Shown here piece by piece: positions 38,398-46,293 of a stretch of 64,000 nt of DNA (position 1 is its first letter; each line of letters opens with the position of its first letter). Below the pieces are notes generated by a model. It made no database searches, was not told the origin of the DNA, and worked only from the letters and a program-made list of their open reading frames with translations. The translations under genes were made by a program, and so were the position numbers. This DNA comes from Candidatus Aldehydirespiratoraceae bacterium. GTDB taxonomy: Bacteria; Actinomycetota; Acidimicrobiia; Acidimicrobiales; Aldehydirespiratoraceae. The stretch is taken from contig OZ244898.1 of the NCBI GenBank assembly GCA_965221585.1, positions 1,017,420-1,081,419 on the forward strand, read 5' to 3'.

Positions 38398-40935
38398 CTA
38401 CCCGCTGGAGGGGATGGAGAACGTGTAGAGCCGCTGGAAGTGTGCGGTGTTTCCGTTGGCCACCCAGAGGTCGTCGCCGTCGGTCCACATGCCGATGGGG
38501 TCCTTGAGGTAGTGGGGCAGAGCGATGTCGCGGCCGGCGGCCCGTTCGCCGGTCAGCAGATTGAACGCCAGCAGCCGGGCCGCTTTGTTTCTGTCGTAGT
38601 AGTCCACGGCGAGCCAGATCCAGCGGCCGTCGGAGTACGCGCCCTTGACCTCGTCGTCTCTGGCGATCGCATCGCGCAGCGCGGTCTGGTCCGTGCATGT
38701 CGCTGACCTCGCCGTGTCGCTCTTGAGGGGGCGTTTTGGGATGTAGCACGAGTCGAAGGCGCTGGGCTCGAGGCGCAGCTCCGGGCGGGTGAGCCAGATC
38801 AGATCTGGCTCGCCCTCGCGCTTGTTCTCAAGCCGCACCGCATGGATCAACTCCGAGACGCCGTCGACCACCCACACGGTGTCGCCGTCGGACCACATGG
38901 CGGTGGGCGTCGGGATAGTGTTCGAGCTGCCGTACGTGTGGTAGGGGAACACGACCAGCCGCTCCCTGTGGAGGCGCTCGCCGTCGGAGAGCCGGTACGG
39001 GATGAGGAGTGCCATGTCGCGCTCGGCGACCCAGAGTTTCTCGCCGTCGGACCACAGGGTCGTGGGGGACAATCTGGGTCTCTTGAGCCCGAGCTTGGTG
39101 GGCGGGTCGGGGTACAGCTCTTCATTCGTCAGCGTCTTGTCGGAGTTCCAGGTCAGCGCGCCGCCTTCGCCGATGTCGAAGGCATGCACCCATGTGGCGC
39201 AATTGTCCGCGATCCACGCCGTGGAGGTCGCAGTATCGACGTACAAACCGGAGATGCTGATGCACGTCGGGCCGGTGATGGACTCGAGGTCGATCTTCTT
39301 GCCCTTGGTCCCGTTGGAGTCGGAGTGGGTCAGCGACAGGCTCAGCGACGACGACTGGGTCATGGCGTCGAGCTTGGACGGGGTCGCGGACGGGTGCCAG
39401 CCGACCGTCCAGGCGCCGAATACCCCCTTGTCCTCGAAGTCGACGAGGTTGTAGCCGATCGCGTTGGGATTGGGCACCACCGCGTCGGCCAGGTAGCCGC
39501 GCACTGCGACGGTCCTGAGGTTGGCGGGCGCCACGTCGATGACCGCTTCGAGGTCGGTGGTGCTGGAGTGGGAGACGTACTGGAACTGCTCCTCGTCGAT
39601 GTCCCAGTAGGCGATCTGGTAGCTCGTGGGCGCGGCGCCGCTTGCCGGCTTGGTCCATGAGACCTTGGTGCCTTCGCTGTCGTCGTCGGCGACGGAGATC
39701 GACGCGGGCGCCTCGGGCGGGTTCAGCGGCTGGTGGAAGGTGCTCTCGCTCCCGGCCCACGCCACCAGCCCGTAGCCGCCGTCGTTGCGGGCAGCCACGT
39801 TGATCAGGCAGTTGCGGCTCCTGTCGAGCATGGAGATCTTGAACGAGCGGGCGTCATGACCGAGCTGCTCCGTCACGGTGTCGCCGGTGCAGTCGTACTG
39901 GAGGCGATAGCCGCGCACGGCTGCGTCGGGGTCGCTGCCGGCAGTGGCCGCAGCCCAGGTCACTGTGATATCACCGATCTTCGGTCCCGGCGTCGCGGTG
40001 ACACTCTGGGGCTGACCGGGCGGTTCCGGCAGATCCTCCGAGACCGGGACCGTGACCTCATTGTGGTTCGACAGCATCAGGCCCCCAGAAGTGCAGACCG
40101 CCCCCAAGTCTTGGCACGACGTCGTGGCCGGCAGCGTGACGGTGACAGCCCTCGTCGGGCTCGTGTTGGTGTCCAGGTCGGGCACGACGCCCATATTGAA
40201 TTGGAGGTTGCTGCCACTGGTGATGCGCGAGGCCTTGACCATGGTGCCACCGACCACGGTGAAACCGTGTTCGCGCAAAGTGGCGTAGCTCAGGTCGGGC
40301 TCGGGATCGAACGTCAACGTAAACCTGAACATCGAACCGTCATGGGACTCGGGCACCTCGCTGAACACAGCCGTCACCTGCGTGGTGGTGGACGGCACGG
40401 TGGTGGTGGACGGCACGGTGGTAGTCGTGGCCGGCACGGTGGTGGTGGACGGCACGGTGGTAGTCGTGGCCGGCACGGTGGTGGTGGGTGCGCTGATGGT
40501 GGCCTCGGTGCTGTTGGACAGCGCCAGGTTGCCCGATGTGCAGATCGCCCCCTGGTCGCTGCACGACGTCGTGGCCGGCAGCGTGATCGAGATGTCGCCG
40601 ACCGGATTGTTCTCGCCGTCCAGGTCGGGCTGCACATGGACGATCCACTCAAGGTTGCGTGCCGGCCTCTTCTTCACGCGCTCGGCCTTGATGACGCTGC
40701 CGTTCACGACCGTGAAGGCGTGGTCGCGCAGCGTGACGTAGCTGAGGGCAGGCTCAGGCGCGAACGTCAAGTTGAACGTGAACACCGAACCGTTGTGAGT
40801 GCCCGGCACGTTGCTGAACTCGGCAGTCAACTGCTGCGCGCTGGTCCCAGCGGGCACCATGTACACCAGCGAAGCCACCACCGCGGCGAGGATCCCGAGC
40901 CAACTGCGCCGCAGCAACCGCTTGTCTAATTCCAT
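38398..40935 (-). CDS. secreted multidomain repeat protein of unknown function
   Basis: 845 aa. Signal peptide (...VPAGTSA/QQ). Two ~110-aa two-Cys repeats (FS.VP..H.GS.F.F.LTF.PEP.LSY.TLR.H.FTVV.G...LPATTSC.D.GA.CTSG.L.LSN). Thr/Pro/Val linker, two FN3-like modules, and five W(S/T)DG..(L/V/I)WV blade-like repeats. Confidence 0.8.
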   Translation of the reverse strand: MELDKRLLRRSWLGILAAVVASLVYMVPAGTSAQQLTAEFSNVPGTHNGSVFTFNLTFAPEPALSYVTLRDHAFTVVNGSVIKAERVKKRPARNLEWIVHVQPDLDGENNPVGDISITLPATTSCSDQGAICTSGNLALSNSTEATISAPTTTVPATTTTVPSTTTVPATTTTVPSTTTVPSTTTQVTAVFSEVPESHDGSMFRFTLTFDPEPDLSYATLREHGFTVVGGTMVKASRITSGSNLQFNMGVVPDLDTNTSPTRAVTVTLPATTSCQDLGAVCTSGGLMLSNHNEVTVPVSEDLPEPPGQPQSVTATPGPKIGDITVTWAAATAGSDPDAAVRGYRLQYDCTGDTVTEQLGHDARSFKISMLDRSRNCLINVAARNDGGYGLVAWAGSESTFHQPLNPPEAPASISVADDDSEGTKVSWTKPASGAAPTSYQIAYWDIDEEQFQYVSHSSTTDLEAVIDVAPANLRTVAVRGYLADAVVPNPNAIGYNLVDFEDKGVFGAWTVGWHPSATPSKLDAMTQSSSLSLSLTHSDSNGTKGKKIDLESITGPTCISISGLYVDTATSTAWIADNCATWVHAFDIGEGGALTWNSDKTLTNEELYPDPPTKLGLKRPRLSPTTLWSDGEKLWVAERDMALLIPYRLSDGERLHRERLVVFPYHTYGSSNTIPTPTAMWSDGDTVWVVDGVSELIHAVRLENKREGEPDLIWLTRPELRLEPSAFDSCYIPKRPLKSDTARSATCTDQTALRDAIARDDEVKGAYSDGRWIWLAVDYYDRNKAARLLAFNLLTGERAAGRDIALPHYLKDPIGMWTDGDDLWVANGNTAHFQRLYTFSIPSSG
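40399..40476. repeat. perfect 39-bp tandem repeat x2 inside the 845-aa CDS
   Basis: 40399-40437 equals 40438-40476 (GGTGGTGGTGGACGGCACGGTGGTAGTCGTGGCCGGCAC). A partial extra 18-nt unit lies upstream. It encodes VPATTTTVPSTTT x2. Confidence 0.9.
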
Positions 40936-41057
40936 CCATCTGCCTCACACATGCATCTTTATAGTAGTTTGTTCTACTACCTAACGACGTGATCGAGCGC
41001 AATGATCGTGGAGATGGCTCCGCCTAGCGGCGGCGACCTAGACTTCATACCGGGCAT

Positions 41058-41077
41058 CCCATACAGACCCATACAGA
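41058..41077. repeat. 10-bp tandem repeat CCCATACAGA x2
   Basis: Exact copies at 41058-41067 and 41068-41077, in the AT-richer spacer upstream of the 845-aa gene. Confidence 0.9.
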
Positions 41078-41277
41078 TGGGACGGCGACCACTGAAGTCT
41101 CCCCGGCTCAGATGATCACACATGATAAGGACATGGAGCTTCGCACTGGGAGGGCAGGGCGGAGGCGTCGCCCGCCCGGACGTCCATGTGTGACGGCACC
41201 CGGTGGTGCAGCTTGTCAGGGTAGGGTTTGGTGCTCACCCCGGGGACAACTCTGAACTGGGATTGCGGATGTGGAAC

Positions 41278-42114
41278 TCAAGTCTCGCGGTCGAGGGCTT
41301 CTAGGAACTTCTCGTGTTCACCTTCGTGCATGGTTGTGTTCTGAGCTGGATAGGGGAAGTTGCCGACGACCGATTCGTCGTGGAACTCCTTGAGAGCCGC
41401 CACACGCTCCTCATACATCTGCCGGTGGAGACGGCCCAGGTTCCCGAAGGCGTGCGCGTGTTTGGGTGGTGAAGACTCCTCGCTGTCCTCGCCGCAGATG
41501 TCGGCTACGAAGGACATGATGACATCACCGGCTCTGCCCGAACCCAGTGAGAACGTGACGATCGAGGTTTTGTCGTTGATGGCTTCGAGAACCTCCTCGG
41601 CGATGCACTCGGCCTCGACCGCAAACACGCCGACGTCTTCCATCCGCTTGAGGGTCCGGTAGACCTCCATCGCTTCGTCGGCGGTGCGACCGTAGGCGCG
41701 GAGTCCGCCCGCCCAGTGAGCGAACGTCGGGATCAACCCGATGTGGCTCTGCACGGGAATCCCCTCATTGGCGAGAGTCTCCATCACATCGTAGGAGCGC
41801 AGCGTGTAGTACATGTCGCCGCCCCGACCCATCAGGTCGATTGCGTGGTCGAGAATCTCGTCGGTCGTGCCGAACTGCTTCCAGGTGCTGCCGATGCCCA
41901 TGAAGTGGTCCGGCGCGATCCGGCGGGCTTCGTCGAGTTGTTCGTCCCAGACCACCAGCAGGTCAATGCCGGCGTCGACGCAGGCTCGGATCTCGGTCGG
42001 GTTCGCCGGGTTGCTCATAGACAGCTTCGTGTCGGTCCCCTTGAGGGCCTTGAGGTCGGCGACGGTGTAGTTGCGTCTCGCGGGGCTACGCCCGAAGTCG
42101 TAGATCCGTTTCAT
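41278..42114 (-). CDS. ketopantoate hydroxymethyltransferase (PanB)-family protein, divergent
   Basis: VQSHIGLIP..GGLRAYGRT and FAVEAECIAEEV match PanB landmarks. The usual LVGDS segment reads LLVVWDEQ. Confidence 0.7.
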   Translation of the reverse strand: MKRIYDFGRSPARRNYTVADLKALKGTDTKLSMSNPANPTEIRACVDAGIDLLVVWDEQLDEARRIAPDHFMGIGSTWKQFGTTDEILDHAIDLMGRGGDMYYTLRSYDVMETLANEGIPVQSHIGLIPTFAHWAGGLRAYGRTADEAMEVYRTLKRMEDVGVFAVEAECIAEEVLEAINDKTSIVTFSLGSGRAGDVIMSFVADICGEDSEESSPPKHAHAFGNLGRLHRQMYEERVAALKEFHDESVVGNFPYPAQNTTMHEGEHEKFLEALDRET

Positions 42115-43127
42115 TTGGAGGCCTTTCTGAGTTCGGCTCTGAGTTCGGAACGTCGGGCCGCCATGCGGGCCTCGCCGTCGCTGGTTCCGTCATGGAACGT
42201 GTCCAACAGGTCATCGAGTGGTGATTCTGGACCCCCGTAGTTGCACTCCAGGAAGCGATGATGCAGTTGGTGGTGGAAGTCCCCGACCCGGAACCGCAGA
42301 CCGCCCGGCAAGATGACCGCGTCGTAGCCGGTGTGGGACAACGGGGCGCCCAGGCCGTGATGCAGCATGATGAAATAGAGGTGGATCGGGTGCGACGGAA
42401 CCAGGAACAACAAGAAGATGTCTCCGAAGAGGACGAGGTGCTCGACGGGGTGCATGGCGAGTCCCGACCACGGCCCGACGTTGACGTTCTTGTGATGCCA
42501 GGAATGGACCGTGCGATAAGCGGGTCCGAGGTGCAACAGCCGGTGCCCCACGCTGAAGTACAGCACCGACCACCACGGGATCAGCACGATGAAGGCGATG
42601 AACCAGCCAGGATTGGCGTCGAATGAGGTAAGGGAGATCCAACCCTTGCCGTAGCCGTGGAGGACCAGGACCTCGGCCGCCGTCCAGACGGCCACAGCCG
42701 ATCCGAGACTCAGCGCCATATTGTCGAGGACCTGATCGTTGAAGAGAAAGATCCGTTTGTTGGTGGCAAGTGGCCGCGCGTCGTAGCGGAGATCGTCACC
42801 CTGTCGACGAGCTCGGTAGAGCCACAGGTGGACCCCGCCGGCCACGATCAGCAACAGGCAGAAGTTTCGGGCCCAGATCGCCGCGATCCATCCAGGCGAC
42901 AGAGTCGCTGTGGTCTCGATTGAGGGGGAGAACCACCTCCAGAGCACGATCGCGAAGGCCAACATCGTCACCCGCGGTGTGAGTGGCCCCCAACTGCGCA
43001 TCAGGTGGCGCAGCGTGGCCCCAAGGTCCAACGGCCAATGGAGAAACGGGGCCGATCGGATTGGCAGCGGCGGGGTGTAGTGCCAGCGACTGCCCCGACG
43101 GGTGCGCGTAACGCTTTCCTTCGTCAC
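42111..43127 (-). CDS. fatty acid hydroxylase/sterol desaturase superfamily membrane protein
   Basis: Histidine boxes HRLLH, HSWHH and HHQLHH, with multiple TM segments. ATGA overlap with the panB-like start. Confidence 0.8.
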   Translation of the reverse strand: MTKESVTRTRRGSRWHYTPPLPIRSAPFLHWPLDLGATLRHLMRSWGPLTPRVTMLAFAIVLWRWFSPSIETTATLSPGWIAAIWARNFCLLLIVAGGVHLWLYRARRQGDDLRYDARPLATNKRIFLFNDQVLDNMALSLGSAVAVWTAAEVLVLHGYGKGWISLTSFDANPGWFIAFIVLIPWWSVLYFSVGHRLLHLGPAYRTVHSWHHKNVNVGPWSGLAMHPVEHLVLFGDIFLLFLVPSHPIHLYFIMLHHGLGAPLSHTGYDAVILPGGLRFRVGDFHHQLHHRFLECNYGGPESPLDDLLDTFHDGTSDGEARMAARRSELRAELRKASK

Positions 43128-43245
43128 CGATTCTCCTCGTCACGTTTGTCACGCTTCCTCGGCACACCCTCAAAATAATGGTGTCGGCCGGCCCGTGGTA
43201 GCCCGAAGTCCTAGCTACAGCCATAAGCAGAGCTAATGTCTGGTT

Positions 43246-44133
43246 ATGCAACTGACAATGGAATCGGATCCGCCGCTGCGCCTGTTGGCTGCGTTTCACC
43301 ATGTCGTGTCTGAGGGCAGCTTCACGAACGCGGCCGCAGCGCTGGGCGTCTCCCAGCCGGCGGTCAGCCAGCAGATTCGAGAACTCGAGACAATCCTCGG
43401 TGTGCAACTCTTCCGGCGGACGGGCCGCGGGGTCGAACCGACCAACGCCGGCCAGCAACTCGCGTCCAGCACCCGCTCCCACATCGAGGCGATCCAACAC
43501 ACTCTCGGAGCCATCCGAGCCCGCGCTCAGGACCACCATGTTGAGGTCCGGGTCAACAGCATGTTCGCGACCACCTGGCTCGTCCCGCGGCTGGCACGAT
43601 TCCTGAGCGCCAACCCCGACATCGAGATCGACCTGACCAGCAGCTACTGGGTCTACCCGACGGACCCGATCCACACGGCTGTCCAGATCGACTTCGGTCC
43701 TGTGCCGGACGGTGCGGAGCCGATCGGCGGCGACGAGACTGTTGTCGCGGTTGCAACGCCGAGCCTGGCGGATCGGGTTCGCTCGGTCGACGACCTCAGC
43801 CAACACCCCCTGCTCGACATCCGCGGTGGCGACGGATGGACCGAGTTCTTCGCCGCCACAGCCACTTCGCCCCCCCAGACCCGGGTGCACACCTCAATGA
43901 CGTATCTGCACACCCTCGCCCTCGCCAGAGGCGGAGTCGGCGTAGCGCTCGCTCACAGCTTCCTGGTGATGGACGATCTGAGGCGCAACGCCCTGGCCGT
44001 GGTACCGGTCGGCACGATGGCCGCTCGTGAGCAGTACTACCTCATCCCGCCCCGAGCCGATCGGGCAACGTCGGCCGCCGAAGTGTTCACCGCCTGGCTA
44101 CGCCGCGAACTCGCGAATCCCAGCGGAATCTGA
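43246..44133 (+). CDS. LysR family transcriptional regulator
   Basis: HTH FTNAAAALGVSQPAVSQQIRELE. About 295 aa with a LysR substrate-binding region. It is divergent from the hydroxylase operon. Confidence 0.9.
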   Translation: MQLTMESDPPLRLLAAFHHVVSEGSFTNAAAALGVSQPAVSQQIRELETILGVQLFRRTGRGVEPTNAGQQLASSTRSHIEAIQHTLGAIRARAQDHHVEVRVNSMFATTWLVPRLARFLSANPDIEIDLTSSYWVYPTDPIHTAVQIDFGPVPDGAEPIGGDETVVAVATPSLADRVRSVDDLSQHPLLDIRGGDGWTEFFAATATSPPQTRVHTSMTYLHTLALARGGVGVALAHSFLVMDDLRRNALAVVPVGTMAAREQYYLIPPRADRATSAAEVFTAWLRRELANPSGI

Positions 44134-44151
44134 AACGCTGACCGACGGCGT

Positions 44152-44178
44152 GCTTCCGATCTGGGCTGACGCGGAAGC
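44152..44178. terminator. inverted repeat between convergent genes
   Basis: GCTTCCG (44152-44158) / CGGAAGC (44172-44178) with a 13-nt loop. No clear U-tract. Confidence 0.25.
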
Positions 44179-44187
44179 GGAGGCTGA

Positions 44188-45147
44188 TCAGTAGTCGAAC
44201 ACCGAGGGGAGCGCGTCCATTGGGCGGGCCTCGGGGTAGTGCTCGGCGATCACTCCGGCGTGGTCGGGGTCGTCGTCGATACGGCTGGGATCGAAACGAG
44301 CGTCGATCCCCCGGTCCTCAAGGTCAGCGTTGAAACGGGCCGCGATGTCGTCGCGGCTCAAGGGATTGGAGGCCAATCGGTTCTTGTGGTCGGCGTCCAG
44401 GTACACGTCGGCCTTCCACAGCACGCTGACGCGGATGTCGGACAGCGGCGTGCGGTACACCTCTTCGCCGTGGTCGGTGACCACCCAGTCGCCGTCGGGG
44501 CTGCCTGCCGGAGCCAACTCCGCAGTCGGAGTGACTAGGGGCGTGCCTATATCGAAGGGGCCGATGGGATTTACCTGGTGGAACATACCGTGGTTGTCGC
44601 CCATCAGCGCGGTGTTGGCCATGTTGCCCTCGTGCTCTTCGGGCGGTTGGTCTGGCCCGTAGGGCCAGTAGCGAAACCCGCCACCGTTCACGTCGTTGAG
44701 CCACCAAATGGCGGTGGCCTGCGGGAACGACAGATCCTCGAACAGGCCCGACCACAGCATGGCCCGCAGCAGCCACATTGGGGTGTTGGTGCGGTCGCGG
44801 CCCGCGAAACGGGGGTTGTCGGTGTGGGCCGGTCCCGCTTGCGGAATGGCCATCATCTGGTTCACGTACACGCTGTGGGGTTCCACGATCTCGGCGCCGT
44901 AGAACGCCTTGGCCGAGTCGATGTAGGCCGGATGATCGAGAAACACCTCTGATCCCGGCACGGCGATGGTCTCGTTCACCCAGTCGTCCCGAAACCACAG
45001 GGGGCGGGTGCGGGCATGGGGATCGGCCCCGGGGCTGTACCAACCCCCCAACGGCACATAGGGCGCCTCTTGGGCCAACAGCTTGATCGCAGCCCCGACA
45101 TCGTCGAGCACATCAGTCAGCAGAATCGGTGGATCAGAAACGTGCAT
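44188..45147 (-). CDS. hypothetical protein, possible non-heme iron (HxD...H) oxygenase fold
   Basis: ATG 45147 (MHVSDPPILL). GPAHTDNPRF and a later NHGMFHQV suggest a facial triad. The assignment is tentative. ATG 45165 or GTG 45198 are alternative starts. Confidence 0.5.
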   Translation of the reverse strand: MHVSDPPILLTDVLDDVGAAIKLLAQEAPYVPLGGWYSPGADPHARTRPLWFRDDWVNETIAVPGSEVFLDHPAYIDSAKAFYGAEIVEPHSVYVNQMMAIPQAGPAHTDNPRFAGRDRTNTPMWLLRAMLWSGLFEDLSFPQATAIWWLNDVNGGGFRYWPYGPDQPPEEHEGNMANTALMGDNHGMFHQVNPIGPFDIGTPLVTPTAELAPAGSPDGDWVVTDHGEEVYRTPLSDIRVSVLWKADVYLDADHKNRLASNPLSRDDIAARFNADLEDRGIDARFDPSRIDDDPDHAGVIAEHYPEARPMDALPSVFDY

Positions 45148-45347
45148 CGCTTTCGACGGTACCATCCGGTGTGATGTCGTCGCGAAAGCCGCATCCACGA
45201 GCCTGGCTTGCTACTCCGCGGAGACGGGCCCCTGGGCATCCGACAGTCTCACGATAGGGGAAGCGGCGCAATGAAGCAGGTGTACGTCACCGAGAAGCCA
45301 CAACGCGACAATCCGTCACACCATTTCGAGCAGCGGAGGACCGCACG

Positions 45348-46265
45348 ATGAGCGACGAGACTGTCGATCCCCATGAACTACTGCCGGTCCCCGATCGATC
45401 TTCGGGGTTCGACTACGAGCCGATCGAGGTACTGGCGCTCACCGATCATCACCGCGAGAGCCTTCAGATCGACGAACGTCTCGTGCCCGGGACGTCCGGA
45501 GATCCTGAGGTACGCGTAGTCTGCTATCGACCGCGCGCCGTGCAGGGCACTCTGCCCCTCCTGATCAGCATCCACGGCGGCGCGTTCATCATGATGTCGC
45601 CAGAAACCTTCGGAGGCATGGACGCAGGGATCGCACTCCACGCCGAGTGCCAAGTGGTCAGCATCGACTACCGCCTCGCACCGGAGCACCCATTCCCAGC
45701 GGCAATCAACGACTGTTGGGCGGTCCTCAACTGGGCCACGACAACCGACGAGCTCGACGTCGACGTCGACCGCGTCGCAGTGACCGGCGGCAGCGCTGGT
45801 GGTGCCTTGGCGGCTGCTCTCTGCCAGATGACTCGTGACCGCGGTGGACCGAACATCCACTTCCAAGCTCTCTACATCCCGGTCACTGATGACCGGCTGC
45901 AGACCCCATCGATGCAGCAGACCTTCGACGGCAGCCCGGACGCGTTCAACAGCACGAGCGCGAAGGGAATGTGGATGCACTACCTCGGGGTCGACCACGA
46001 CCAGGCCACGACCTCGCCGTATGCCGCGCCCATGCGCGCCGCGTCGTTCAAAGATCTCCCCCCGGCGGTGGTTCTCACCTATGGAATGGATCCGCTGCGC
46101 GACGAGGGCATCAACTACGCGATGGCGCTGATGGCTGCCGGGGTGGACGTTGAGCTCCACAACTGCCCTGGTGCTGAACACGGTGGCGTGATGCTCAACC
46201 TCGAAGCTGCCGGTCGTGCGATGAGCACTATGAACGATGCGATCGCGCAGGCCCTGAGGAGCTGA
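45348..46265 (+). CDS. alpha/beta hydrolase (hormone-sensitive-lipase-type esterase)
   Basis: Oxyanion SIHGGAF, nucleophile elbow VTGGSAGGALA, GGAGGA Shine-Dalgarno 8 nt upstream. Confidence 0.85.
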   Translation: MSDETVDPHELLPVPDRSSGFDYEPIEVLALTDHHRESLQIDERLVPGTSGDPEVRVVCYRPRAVQGTLPLLISIHGGAFIMMSPETFGGMDAGIALHAECQVVSIDYRLAPEHPFPAAINDCWAVLNWATTTDELDVDVDRVAVTGGSAGGALAAALCQMTRDRGGPNIHFQALYIPVTDDRLQTPSMQQTFDGSPDAFNSTSAKGMWMHYLGVDHDQATTSPYAAPMRAASFKDLPPAVVLTYGMDPLRDEGINYAMALMAAGVDVELHNCPGAEHGGVMLNLEAAGRAMSTMNDAIAQALRS

Positions 46266-46293
46266 TCAGCACGACCACAGGACCGCCGAGGTC

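Noticed and set aside
38076-40935. bldA-like control. The tRNA-Leu(UAA) gene sits next to the 845-aa gene, whose third codon is TTA (ATG GAA TTA, 40927-40929). It is the only TTA I found in that gene.
   Set aside because: TTA is not confined to accessory genes here. Housekeeping prs has TTA at codon 9 (9259-9261), and the rpf-like frame has one at 5261. A Streptomyces-style TTA regulon is therefore not supported by this window alone.
38229-43220. The shared 10-mer CTAGCTACAG (38229-38238 and 43211-43220), with AGCTACAG / CAGAGCTA fragments nearby, as possible att-like direct repeats bounding a tRNA-linked island.
   Set aside because: A 10-bp match is expected by chance many times in 64 kb. 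It does not overlap the tRNA 3' end, and no integrase or excisionase is present.
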